Below, one piece after another: positions 35,124-44,433 of a stretch of DNA of 64,000 nucleotides (its first letter is position 1; each line of letters opens with the position of its first letter). The stretch comes from Escherichia phage SD2: sequence record PQ821640. One strand, 5' to 3'. Below the pieces are notes generated by a model that saw only the letters and a program-made list of their open reading frames with translations, was not told the DNA's origin and did not search any database. Both the position numbers and the translations under genes were made by a program.

Positions 35124-35936
35124 TTATTTAGTCAAATGATCTTCTATCATTTTTATGAAAGCAGGATTGCTAAAAGCATCTGCGGCCTTTTCTCGATAAA
35201 CAAAGACTCCTCTATCTTCGTAAAGAAGAGTTTCTTCGTAATTAATTCCTGGGTTAACAACAATCATTTTTGTACCCATATTAAGTGCAGGGAATAATTC
35301 CCAATTAAAATTGATAACTTGGTTTGAACATCCTACTACTACAACCAAATCTTGCATGGTCAAAGTATCAAACAAGTGAGCCATATCTGCATACAAAGGT
35401 GCAGCCTCACCAAAAAATACAACATTAGGCTTCACCCAGTTGTAATCATCTATGTTTATACTGTTGTAACCAATATCTACCAGTGTTTTGTAATCCCCAG
35501 GATGCATACGGTAAACTACTTCAGGAAGATATCCGTGCACGTGGATAACAGAATCCCTGTCTACACCTGCTCGCTCTAGTAGATCATCAACGTTTGTTGT
35601 CAAGTTTACTACTTGGTTAGGATATTCCTTAAACCACTTTGCTATTTGAATATGTGCAGCATTAGGTTGTACATCTTTAAGCTCAACACGTCTTTTGTTA
35701 TAAAATTCGTGTGTTTTGGCATACAAATCCATACCGTTTTCGTCTACACCACCAACCACTGGAAGATCTGGTGATGTTCTCACACGATAACCTGCTTGGA
35801 AAGCTCCAATATCGCAGATCTCTTCTAAATCCCATTCTTCCCATAAGGCACGACCACTATCTGTGTCTGTTCGGAATGTTCGAATCCCACTGTCTGCACT
35901 TAAACCAGCTCCACTAACAAAAATTACTCTTCGCAT
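35124..35936 (-). CDS. Sir2-family (sirtuin-like) NAD-binding protein, no Cys4 zinc module seen
   Basis: GAGLSADSGIRTFR, TTNVDDLLERAG, HVHG, PNVVFFGE, VVVGCS match sirtuin core motifs as I recall them. Confidence 0.75.
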   Translation of the reverse strand: MRRVIFVSGAGLSADSGIRTFRTDTDSGRALWEEWDLEEICDIGAFQAGYRVRTSPDLPVVGGVDENGMDLYAKTHEFYNKRRVELKDVQPNAAHIQIAKWFKEYPNQVVNLTTNVDDLLERAGVDRDSVIHVHGYLPEVVYRMHPGDYKTLVDIGYNSINIDDYNWVKPNVVFFGEAAPLYADMAHLFDTLTMQDLVVVVGCSNQVINFNWELFPALNMGTKMIVVNPGINYEETLLYEDRGVFVYREKAADAFSNPAFIKMIEDHLTK

Positions 35937-36493
35937 TCAATATCCTCTTCGTAATCATCATACCAAGAAGATGCGTCGTAACGCTCTTCCTCTTCAAAAT
36001 CCCAATTAATTTCTACTCCAAAATCTAAAAACAATTTAACAATGTTTTCTGTAGAATAGTATTTATCATAAGCGTTAGCTAGTTCCCAATACTTATCACT
36101 CAATTTTTTATAATTAGGATCATTATAATCATGAGCTACTTTATCACCATAATCATACATCTCTTGTTCAGCTTTAAGCATAGCTTCTGGTGTAAGAAGA
36201 TTAGGGAACGGACGATTTCTTTCTTTTAACTTAGAAGCAATCCAGTTTGCAACATTCGCCACTTCACCATCTCGATTATCACCTAAACAACTTGCATAAT
36301 CTCCATCTTCGTAAGTGCCTAAATCCCCACTGACTTCATGTACAATAGATGAATACGATCCACACGTTTCACAATCTGAAAAAGTGTCTACTGTTGTAAT
36401 ATCAATAGATAAAACTGGTAAAGCCATAGCTTCTTTCACACAAGCCTCCTCATATAATAACATATCATCAAAACCCATATATCCTCCAGACAA
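35924..36493 (-). CDS. hypothetical acidic protein
   Basis: 189 aa. Confidence 0.7.
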   Translation of the reverse strand: MSGGYMGFDDMLLYEEACVKEAMALPVLSIDITTVDTFSDCETCGSYSSIVHEVSGDLGTYEDGDYASCLGDNRDGEVANVANWIASKLKERNRPFPNLLTPEAMLKAEQEMYDYGDKVAHDYNDPNYKKLSDKYWELANAYDKYYSTENIVKLFLDFGVEINWDFEEEERYDASSWYDDYEEDIECEE

Positions 36494-36520
36494 ATAAAGC
36501 CCCTGGTTGGGGGCTTTGGT
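36493..36520 (-). terminator. rho-independent terminator
   Basis: AGCCCCCAACCAGGGGCT hairpin with T-run on the minus strand. Confidence 0.6.
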
Positions 36521-36533
36521 TAAGTTTTACGGA

Positions 36534-37145
36534 TTATACCAGACTTTTAAGGTAGTTGTCAAGTGCTTCTTGATCACCTTGACAAACATAGCAACGGAAG
36601 TCTTGAGCAGAAGGTTCTTTGTCCTCTTCCCAATCCCAATAGACAGTACCTTTGTAGCGTGAACCTGGGAACTCGAAGTACGCTACATGGGTAATATGGT
36701 GTGGGCCACCCCAAAACTCTGTAAAAGTAAATTGAGGATACGCTGCTTTAACTGTATTTTCAAACCAAGTTTTACGATCTAATGCTTCGTTTATAAAATA
36801 AGCATGGCGTTCCATTTCATCCCAATCTTTCCAAACGCATTTTTCATCCAAAGAAAAAACAAAATTCTCACTGTTAAAATCGTCTGTATCTGATTCCAAA
36901 ATATCATAATCATGTGCGCTAGGTATCCACCATCCAGCTTCTAATAGTGCTTTCGCAGGTACAAAACCTTTTTCAGCGTATTGATCAAATTCTTTTACTC
37001 TACGTACAGTGCAGTATTCATCTTCACCACCAATGTCCAGTATACAAGCGCCTTTGCGTCTTGCTGCAAGACCATGTGTATCAAAAACTACAACACTACC
37101 TTCACCATCTTCACGATCTACTTGATATGCAACTTTTTGAGTCAT
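36534..37145 (-). CDS. hypothetical protein
   Basis: 203 aa. Confidence 0.7.
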   Translation of the reverse strand: MTQKVAYQVDREDGEGSVVVFDTHGLAARRKGACILDIGGEDEYCTVRRVKEFDQYAEKGFVPAKALLEAGWWIPSAHDYDILESDTDDFNSENFVFSLDEKCVWKDWDEMERHAYFINEALDRKTWFENTVKAAYPQFTFTEFWGGPHHITHVAYFEFPGSRYKGTVYWDWEEDKEPSAQDFRCYVCQGDQEALDNYLKSLV

Positions 37146-37268
37146 ATTACCCCCAATGTATATGGGAAATTAACCAAAAGATAAATTCCCAAAAACACCA
37201 ACCAAGAAAAGTTAATGGAATTATAAAAGCTATCAAAGCAGTCTTCCAGCCTTTCCACAATGTTTCCA

Positions 37269-38258
37269 TCATTCCTCCATACACTTAAGAATATGTGCAA
37301 TGACAGGTATAGTCCAACCATTACCTAACATCTTATATGCTTGTGTGTTACTACTTACTTTAAAGTAATCATCTGGAACACCTTGTAAGCGGCAACACTC
37401 TTTAACCGTTAACTTTCTATAATGCACACCTTCACTCAATTTTTCAAAGGCATCCAGATATCTTCCAGGTGGAATGTAAGCTAATAGTACGTCTTTCGGC
37501 ACAGTCGTGAGGCAACGAGTTTTTTCACTGTCCTGAACTTCCAAGCAATGTACCAAACGATCAGTTTTAGATGTACTACGTTTGCCATTTTCATTAATTC
37601 TACGCCCATATATTGCCGCTGGATAAAAAACCAGTTGTCTGCGACTCTTTTCAAAATACTGTTCTATATTACCACCTTTGGCATAATTTGCATCTATGCA
37701 ATACGCCTTGTCCCTGTCTACAATACTATCATCTTCAATGATATCTTGCAACACTTCATTGGTAATATCCCAAGGCTTTATTTCCCAATTGCACCAGTAT
37801 AAACGTTGTCTATTCTGTGCCGTGAAATCTGCGGAGTTAATGAACACAGGATCAACACCTAAGTAACTTGTGATCACGTTTTCCCACTCCACCTTCATCT
37901 TAACGTTTTCAAGCATGAACTTAACATTAGGGTTAAACTTTTTAATATGTTCAAGGATTTCAACATATTCAAAGAACAGTTTAGATCGCGGATCTTGAAA
38001 GTTCAAACCCTTACCAGAAGAAGAGAAGCCTTGGCACGGACTACCACCTAGCAAAAGATCAATTTCTCCCCACGGGATATCCCATTCTCTCCATTTTGTA
38101 ACATCACCTAATTGAACAATATCTGGAAAATTGGCTTGGCTTTCAGCTATGGCAAATTTGTCCAACTCTGAAGCATAATACTTATCTACTTCAATACCTG
38201 CACTTTTTAGTGCAAGCATTCCTCCTGACATACCATCAAAAAGACTTAAAACTTTCAT
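37269..38258 (-). CDS. DNA (cytosine-5)-methyltransferase
   Basis: Motif I FDGMSGG, motif IV GGSPCQGFS, motif VI ENV. Confidence 0.9.
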   Translation of the reverse strand: MKVLSLFDGMSGGMLALKSAGIEVDKYYASELDKFAIAESQANFPDIVQLGDVTKWREWDIPWGEIDLLLGGSPCQGFSSSGKGLNFQDPRSKLFFEYVEILEHIKKFNPNVKFMLENVKMKVEWENVITSYLGVDPVFINSADFTAQNRQRLYWCNWEIKPWDITNEVLQDIIEDDSIVDRDKAYCIDANYAKGGNIEQYFEKSRRQLVFYPAAIYGRRINENGKRSTSKTDRLVHCLEVQDSEKTRCLTTVPKDVLLAYIPPGRYLDAFEKLSEGVHYRKLTVKECCRLQGVPDDYFKVSSNTQAYKMLGNGWTIPVIAHILKCMEE

Positions 38259-38671
38259 TATTGCTTCTTCTCCTTAACACTAGCTGGTAATTCTGCCTTA
38301 AGGCAGAAGTTTAAACGGTAAGCCTCATTTTCATTTAAAAGTACAGATTCACACGATAACCAGAACAAGAGATCCTCAATACTAGGACTGTGAAGCCAAC
38401 AGTGCAGAAGAGAATGTTGTTCTATATCAATGTAATTTAGCAACAAGCCTTGTAAGGCGTAACTAGTTCCTGTCGTTTTTGCTTTTTCAAGGATGATATT
38501 GTGTTTACTAACAACCTTCTTTCTAAGACCAAACCATTTATTAACAACAACAGTCTCTTCTTGTAGTTGTTTTCTTATTTTCTCACATTCTTTAACTACA
38601 ATCTGCATCTTATCCACTGCTGATTGAAGTTGTTCTTTTGTTGGGTTTACAAAATAGTCACTATAATACAT
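38258..38671 (-). CDS. hypothetical protein
   Basis: 137 aa; sigma70-like promoter immediately upstream on the minus strand. Confidence 0.65.
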   Translation of the reverse strand: MYYSDYFVNPTKEQLQSAVDKMQIVVKECEKIRKQLQEETVVVNKWFGLRKKVVSKHNIILEKAKTTGTSYALQGLLLNYIDIEQHSLLHCWLHSPSIEDLLFWLSCESVLLNENEAYRLNFCLKAELPASVKEKKQ

Positions 38672-38726
38672 ACTAATCTCCTCTTCTGTTTTTGTGTAGT
38701 TTATTCGAAAAAACTGGTGTTGTCAA

Positions 38727-38747
38727 CAAAAAACCCGCCGAAGCGGG
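38727..38747 (-). terminator. rho-independent terminator (reverse complement of the 10361/34345 module)
   Basis: Minus strand reads CCCGCTTCGGCGGG then TTTTTTG. Confidence 0.75.
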
Positions 38748-38753
38748 TTTATA

Positions 38754-39011
38754 TTATTCTACAGGAATTTCTTCACCAAGAGAAACTTCCAAACGGAATG
38801 CTTTACTTTCAATACATTCACTACCTTTTAAGAAATCGAATTGCACTATAGACTGACTTAATAGAATAGATAGAATCACATCGCAATCTTCACTAGGAGC
38901 CAGATGTTTGTATTCTTCCTTCAAGGTAACATCATAAAAACATAAATCCCCTACTCCTAGTTCATCCCATCCTTCCCACGCATCTACAAAGTTAAACTCT
39001 AAACCTTTCAT
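38754..39011 (-). CDS. hypothetical protein
   Basis: 85 aa. Confidence 0.6.
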   Translation of the reverse strand: MKGLEFNFVDAWEGWDELGVGDLCFYDVTLKEEYKHLAPSEDCDVILSILLSQSIVQFDFLKGSECIESKAFRLEVSLGEEIPVE

Positions 39012-39532
39012 ACAACCTCCTCGTAATTGTTATTGTGTTTTACTGTCTCAACATACAATAAAGATTCCATCTGTAAGACATTACCAGAAATAATAAATCC
39101 ATAAGCCATTTCAGATGTGTCTATATCATACGCCCCGTCTTCCGGTTTAGCAAAGTGTAAAACTATTTCATCTGGGTTTTCTTCATCCCATATTTTAGAA
39201 ATTTTCCGAACCAGAATATTAGCTAAAATAGTTGACATTCGGGATAAAGCTGTATCCTCGTATCTTTTAAAACCTAACCAATAGAGGTTAAGAATTTCTA
39301 CTTCTTCTTGTGTTAAGTTTTTGTCTAAAGTAATCAGATCTGTAGGATACATCGTTTTTGTTGAATCTACTATTACAAAACCTGGAGTGTTATGAAAAAC
39401 AATCTTAACTTTATCACGTATGAAGTTTAAACCTTGTGCCTCAACTATATATTGTATTGTAGGTACAATATCGTTTGTTACATCAATAAAGCTATCTTTA
39501 ATGACGCTTATATTATTTCTGGACAAGACCAT
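39008..39532 (-). CDS. hypothetical protein
   Basis: 174 aa. Confidence 0.7.
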   Translation of the reverse strand: MVLSRNNISVIKDSFIDVTNDIVPTIQYIVEAQGLNFIRDKVKIVFHNTPGFVIVDSTKTMYPTDLITLDKNLTQEEVEILNLYWLGFKRYEDTALSRMSTILANILVRKISKIWDEENPDEIVLHFAKPEDGAYDIDTSEMAYGFIISGNVLQMESLLYVETVKHNNNYEEVV

Positions 39533-40091
39533 TCTCCTCTAAAATAGGTTTAATAAATTCGAAGATTTGTTTTTTACTTTTACCTCGAATATTAAAACAA
39601 GGAACATTAAACTTTTTAGCCAACATCCAAGCTGTTCTTGTACCACCTAAAGGATCTCCATTTTTATCTGTATTTGCACAAGCTAAAAGAAAACAAGATG
39701 GTTTTGGATTCTCAAGATCTCTGCCAAGAACTTGGTGGATATTCCTTTGATGTAATTTTTTAGCACCTTGAGATAATCTGTCCCAAGCAGGATGCAATTC
39801 TTTTGCATATTGCAAGGTTAGAGCATAGTTTACACTATCTGGTCTGTCAAGAACAATAACCTCTCCCTCTATCTCATTACCTTTAAACGAAGGCCAAGGA
39901 ATGTATATTTCTTTCTTTGTATTGTTTCCACTATCATATACCCCGCATTCAAATGCGGAATCTGCGCCTTCTGCTTTACCAGATCGTAAAATGAACCATG
40001 TAGATAACCATTTGGCAACAGCTACCATAGTGTCCCATTCTTCGTCTGTAATATCTCTGCTACCAACACCTGTGTAGAATAAATCGCTCAT
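39513..40091 (-). CDS. putative SLOG/DprA-like Rossmann-fold protein
   Basis: Track ORF trimmed to ATG at 40091 (AAGGAGAA SD); GVGSRD and SGKAEGADSAFECG resemble DprA/LOG-type motifs; tentative. Confidence 0.5.
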   Translation of the reverse strand: MSDLFYTGVGSRDITDEEWDTMVAVAKWLSTWFILRSGKAEGADSAFECGVYDSGNNTKKEIYIPWPSFKGNEIEGEVIVLDRPDSVNYALTLQYAKELHPAWDRLSQGAKKLHQRNIHQVLGRDLENPKPSCFLLACANTDKNGDPLGGTRTAWMLAKKFNVPCFNIRGKSKKQIFEFIKPILEENGLVQK

Positions 40092-40101
40092 GGTTTTCTC
40101 C

Positions 40102-40422
40102 TTAACAAGTAATATTGGGAATAATACTGGGAGTAACAATTGGAGTAATAGGGTACGTAAACCAAGGGCTTCCAATTTCCCAAGGACTATAAGGTGTACG
40201 AGGATCAAATGGAGGCGTTACTTGAGGCTTTTTCCAAATCTCCGCTAGTTGTTTCTTCCATTTATCCCTTGCTGTATCGTTATCTTCATCCAACTGTTCG
40301 TCATTATCTTTTATTTCTGATTTTGGAAATAAAAGCTCTTTGACTAACTCAACGTCTTCCGTTTCAATAGTAGTTTCTTTCGTAATATTCCCTACCGTCT
40401 CTTTAATTGTGACTTTATACAT
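40102..40422 (-). CDS. hypothetical protein
   Basis: 106 aa. Confidence 0.6.
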   Translation of the reverse strand: MYKVTIKETVGNITKETTIETEDVELVKELLFPKSEIKDNDEQLDEDNDTARDKWKKQLAEIWKKPQVTPPFDPRTPYSPWEIGSPWFTYPITPIVTPSIIPNITC

Positions 40423-41168
40423 TAGTCCTCCTCTAAAGTAGAATAAAATTGTAACGTATTTGAATCATCAAAATATGCAAAGGTTAAATTACCATTGAAC
40501 ACAGATCCAGTATCCATATATACCCTATTACTGCTAATTACAGGTTTAGGAACATAAGAATGCCCGTGAAATACATAATCTACTCCTGAAACTCTAGGAA
40601 GAAGAATCCCTTCAAGGGCGCAATCTATCATATCACGATCCCACATTAAAGATTCTGTGAATCGAGATACTTGTTCTTTATTCATATTCGAACAAAATGG
40701 CAAAACTTCCGTCACTGGTAGATGTTCCAAAACTGAAGGATATCCTCCGTGAATAAAGCCTAGTTTCATATTACGATAGTTGACAACAAGTACAACAGGT
40801 AAATCTTCTAGCATCAAAGCAAGAGCAGTTGCACCTTCTTCTCCACACTCATTTAGAACTGTATGGCCTCCGTTCTGAAACCAACATTCGTAATATCGCC
40901 TATCACCTTCTAGCAACCCTTTAATCATCATATCTTCGTGATTTCCACGAATAGCATAGCGATTTAGCTTTCTGGTGAATTCAACGGTACAACGAAAATT
41001 CTGCTTGCCGCGATCTGTAAGATCTCCTAAAGATACAACAACATCTTGATCTCGAATACCTAAAGTATTAACACCTTTCTGGTATAAATCAAAGCAACCA
41101 TGTAAATCACCAATAATAAACAGGTCTTGATCATCTTTTACACTAATTTCTTGATATACTAGCATCAA
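40422..41168 (-). CDS. Ser/Thr protein phosphatase (calcineurin-like metallophosphoesterase)
   Basis: GDLHGC, GDLTDRG, GNHE motifs. Confidence 0.8.
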   Translation of the reverse strand: MMLVYQEISVKDDQDLFIIGDLHGCFDLYQKGVNTLGIRDQDVVVSLGDLTDRGKQNFRCTVEFTRKLNRYAIRGNHEDMMIKGLLEGDRRYYECWFQNGGHTVLNECGEEGATALALMLEDLPVVLVVNYRNMKLGFIHGGYPSVLEHLPVTEVLPFCSNMNKEQVSRFTESLMWDRDMIDCALEGILLPRVSGVDYVFHGHSYVPKPVISSNRVYMDTGSVFNGNLTFAYFDDSNTLQFYSTLEED

Positions 41169-41491
41169 CTCTCCTCAAAATCCATAAGTATAAAGATATT
41201 AACTTTACCTTCTATATTATGTTCTACAACAAGATCTGCAAATTCTTTGTAGGCTTTTTCTTCTATTTGCTCAATGTGAGACGCTACATCTTTGTATATA
41301 GCGTCACCATCTACTTTAACAAGGAGGAATAGAGATCTTACCTCAATCTCTTTATTTTTACGGGGTAGAAAATCGACGGCTTCTTGTATACGCCAGCCGA
41401 GATACCCTGGAGTCCTTTGAATATCCTCCAAATGACTTTCTAAGATTTCCCTTCCTTTGTCTATTAAAGCCTGTTCTGTCGTTATTTTCAT
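41165..41491 (-). CDS. hypothetical protein
   Basis: 108 aa. Confidence 0.65.
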   Translation of the reverse strand: MKITTEQALIDKGREILESHLEDIQRTPGYLGWRIQEAVDFLPRKNKEIEVRSLFLLVKVDGDAIYKDVASHIEQIEEKAYKEFADLVVEHNIEGKVNIFILMDFEES

Positions 41492-41501
41492 CCCCTTCTC
41501 C

Positions 41502-42074
41502 TTAATGTGTTAATGAAACTGCGTAACTAAACACAGGTTCAGATATTACATCGGCTACAGTAATAAAAACGTCCTCATCTTGCGTTGTTTCTACACGACA
41601 TACAGTTACACCATTTACCACAAATTCAACGCAATGTGGAATATCTTCACAAACGAATGTAGTGTAAGTAACACCCAAAGCATCATACAAAGATTTAACA
41701 GTATTTGCAAGTGCCGCAGTTTCTTCTTTTTCTGAAACAATGAATGCTGTAACAACAAGATTGTTTGCATAGTTTAGACTGTCCTCTATAGCCAATGATT
41801 TACAAGGTAGTAATGCAAAATATTTACCTGGTTTAATCAGACCTGCTTCCCATTGATTCAAAATTGCCTGGGATGGTTTAGTAATATAAAACAGATTTTC
41901 ACTTGGGTTATCAATATTACTTCTGGCAATACAACGTGAAGGATTATTAATATCAAACACATGATCAAAATCTACACAAACTGGTAAACTGAAAGGTGTA
42001 AATTTTTTACCTAATAATCCTACTGCTGACAATATGTTTGCTGTGCTTATCTTCCCGTTAAAAGCTAAACGCAT
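41502..42074 (-). CDS. hypothetical protein
   Basis: 190 aa. Confidence 0.7.
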   Translation of the reverse strand: MRLAFNGKISTANILSAVGLLGKKFTPFSLPVCVDFDHVFDINNPSRCIARSNIDNPSENLFYITKPSQAILNQWEAGLIKPGKYFALLPCKSLAIEDSLNYANNLVVTAFIVSEKEETAALANTVKSLYDALGVTYTTFVCEDIPHCVEFVVNGVTVCRVETTQDEDVFITVADVISEPVFSYAVSLTH

Positions 42075-42085
42075 ATTTAACTCCT

Positions 42086-42289
42086 TTAACTAGCAACCGT
42101 AACTTCCGAACTTTCTTCTTTCGTACTATCTACGATATGCCTGGTGGCAATATACGAGACTTGCCAGTTACCATCTGGTGTAGTCTCAATAAGTACCCTA
42201 TCTACTTCGAGAAAATGCAAAAATTCAACCATCGCTCGCTTCGATAGGAATTGTTTTTTAACAGTCTCCTCAAAAGATTGAACTGCCAT
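42086..42289 (-). CDS. hypothetical protein
   Basis: 67 aa. Confidence 0.55.
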   Translation of the reverse strand: MAVQSFEETVKKQFLSKRAMVEFLHFLEVDRVLIETTPDGNWQVSYIATRHIVDSTKEESSEVTVAS

Positions 42290-42298
42290 GTTTCCTCC

Positions 42299-42961
42299 TT
42301 ATTTAATATCCAATTTTGCACAAAGACGTTGTACCGCTTTGGCATCGAACAAACTCCCACGAATAGTTCTCTTTCCTGATTCATTCAGATGCTTTGCAAT
42401 CGTCATATATGGCGTTTTACAAGCTCTGTATGCAACTAAAGAATCTTTTAAAGAAAGCGCAAACTCTTTTGAGCGTTTTGCTTCTTCTGTTTTCGTATAA
42501 TCTGTTCTTTTGTATTTAGGGTTTGCTGCACCAAGAAGCGTTCCCTTCGCTTTTGCTACCTTAAGGCTCTTCTTAACACGATCAGATATTGCACGAGCCT
42601 CTTCTTCTGCCAGAACTGCTAAAATATTTATTATCATATTTTCAGCGGAGGGCATAGTTGCTATCCGTACATTAATCATCTCTAACAAGGTTGCAACAGA
42701 AGCTGTGTTACGTCCCAGACGGTCAACCTTAGCAACAACAAGTGTAGCACCTGTTTCTTTGCAAAGATTAACAGCTTTTACAAGCTCTCTACGTTGCTTC
42801 CAATCGCCTTTACCAGAATAAAACTCTGCAAAGCTACCTACAATAGTATAATTTTCTTGTGAATCCAGGAAGCGTTGGATATCTGCTTCCTGTGATTCTA
42901 TACCATACTGGTTGCCTTGTTGTTTCTTCTTAGAAAGTCGATGATACAGTACAAACTTCAT
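42299..42961 (-). CDS. small serine recombinase (resolvase/invertase family)
   Basis: N-terminal YHRLSKKKQQ with catalytic Ser, VAKVDRLGRN motif, C-terminal HTH-like segment. Confidence 0.85.
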   Translation of the reverse strand: MKFVLYHRLSKKKQQGNQYGIESQEADIQRFLDSQENYTIVGSFAEFYSGKGDWKQRRELVKAVNLCKETGATLVVAKVDRLGRNTASVATLLEMINVRIATMPSAENMIINILAVLAEEEARAISDRVKKSLKVAKAKGTLLGAANPKYKRTDYTKTEEAKRSKEFALSLKDSLVAYRACKTPYMTIAKHLNESGKRTIRGSLFDAKAVQRLCAKLDIK

Positions 42962-43018
42962 AACACCCTCCTGTTCTGTTGCAGGAAGTATGCACTACCT
43001 TAATGTTAAAGTCAACAG

Positions 43019-43234
43019 TTAAGTAGTGGTAATATCATCCTCTTGAATATCAGGGTCAACTTCTGCAAAGATAGCCTCTACAGGAATTTCTTCACCTGCT
43101 ATTCTAGAAAGAAGCACTGAACCAATAGCTTTTGCGTGTTCTTCGGATTCCGCATAAACATTAGTTCCTGTGTCTTTTTTCTTAGTTTCGTTAAAATATA
43201 CCAGATAGTAATTGTATGCCATTATTCTTCCCAA
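43019..43234 (-). CDS. hypothetical protein
   Basis: 71 aa. Confidence 0.55.
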   Translation of the reverse strand: MGRIMAYNYYLVYFNETKKKDTGTNVYAESEEHAKAIGSVLLSRIAGEEIPVEAIFAEVDPDIQEDDITTT

Positions 43235-43473
43235 TCGTTGTTACGAGCACTTTCAAGAACCTTGACAACTTCTGCGTACTCTACAGCTAAACCAGCACAC
43301 ACTTCAGCTTGTTTTGCAATTGCTTGCTTAAAGAACATAGCGATTGCAACACTCTGTGTTGTGTGAATGTTATCTGCTTTAGTTGATACATGAAGATCAA
43401 AATCTTCTTCATCAAAGGTGAGTTCCATAGTAACAATAAATTTCTCGGTCATAAAAATGCTCCTCTTAAACAA
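43222..43473 (-). CDS. hypothetical protein
   Basis: 83 aa. Confidence 0.6.
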   Translation of the reverse strand: MFKRSIFMTEKFIVTMELTFDEEDFDLHVSTKADNIHTTQSVAIAMFFKQAIAKQAEVCAGLAVEYAEVVKVLESARNNDWEE

Positions 43474-43975
43474 AATAGAAAGGTTGAGTTAAACCCAGCC
43501 TGTTTTTTGGGTCGTAGACGTACCAAGCATATGCTGTCTTGTCAGTACCACCTGCAACAAAAGATGGTCGTTCAGAAAGAACAATCAAATTTGTTGGTGG
43601 ATTCTGTTTATGGAATTCCCTTCGTTTAATAGACTCTAGGAACCCAAGACGCAACAAGTATATGCAAACGTCTGCTTCTTTTAAGCTCTTTTGCAAGAAC
43701 TCAAGTGCAAGTCTGAATGGTGGATTTGTGATTATAATATCCGGCTTAGTATGCCATTCGTGGTTAAAATAATCCTTCCCTTCTTCTAACTCACAATATT
43801 CTGATCCTTCTGGAAAATATTGATAAATTGCAGCAGCAGCGCCTTTACATGGTTCTGCAAAAATAAAACCTTCTTCTTTAAGGTTATTAAAATCTATTAC
43901 ACTAAATAATGCATTTATACATTTTTGTGGAGTAGGATAGTAATCAGTTGGTGGACGATCATACTTATTTGCCAC
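43466..43975 (-). CDS. DNA N6-adenine methyltransferase (phage type)
   Basis: Catalytic NPPF in DIIITNPPF and an N-terminal Tyr/Pro-rich segment. Confidence 0.75.
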   Translation of the reverse strand: MANKYDRPPTDYYPTPQKCINALFSVIDFNNLKEEGFIFAEPCKGAAAAIYQYFPEGSEYCELEEGKDYFNHEWHTKPDIIITNPPFRLALEFLQKSLKEADVCIYLLRLGFLESIKRREFHKQNPPTNLIVLSERPSFVAGGTDKTAYAWYVYDPKNRLGLTQPFYFV

Positions 43976-44393
43976 TACTTAAAATCTCCTCTTTTGTGAT
44001 TTCAGGGTTTTCTTCAAAAACCATAATATCTCTTAAGAACGTTAATTCTTCCATAGATACTGGTATTGTATCTTCTTCTGTTTTTCGTTTACATAAGTCG
44101 TCAAGAAAGTTTTTAACGCTTTCTGACACATCATAAAATTTCAACAGTTGATAATCACAGGAGGAGATCCTATCTAGTTCTAACATTCTTTCTAAGATAT
44201 TTTCTGTGTTGCCGTACAACACACGAACTTCTCCGAAAGGGTTGACTAAATATTGTGAAGTTCTGAACCATCCCTTTTTAGATACAGTGTAACGCTGTTC
44301 TGCTAAACTTTCAATAAAATTTTTAGCCCTTTTACAGTTTTGTTCTAAAGAGTAGTAGGCTTTTTCTACAAAGATTACAGGTACTGGTAACAT
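43965..44393 (-). CDS. hypothetical protein
   Basis: 142 aa; AGGAGGA SD. Confidence 0.65.
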   Translation of the reverse strand: MLPVPVIFVEKAYYSLEQNCKRAKNFIESLAEQRYTVSKKGWFRTSQYLVNPFGEVRVLYGNTENILERMLELDRISSCDYQLLKFYDVSESVKNFLDDLCKRKTEEDTIPVSMEELTFLRDIMVFEENPEITKEEILSSGK

Positions 44394-44407
44394 ATCTCCT
44401 CCTAATA

Positions 44408-44424
44408 ACCCCCGTGAGGGGGTT
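44408..44424 (-). terminator. intergenic hairpin (possible attenuator or processing site)
   Basis: AACCCCC-GTGA-GGGGGTT; no clear T-run. Confidence 0.35.
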
Positions 44425-44433
44425 TATGTTAGA

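Noticed and set aside
42299-42961. Serine recombinase considered as a prophage integrase marking a temperate element
   Set aside because: It is a small resolvase-type enzyme, not a large serine or tyrosine integrase, and the window has no repressor or attachment-site features; the gene content is that of a lytic phage.
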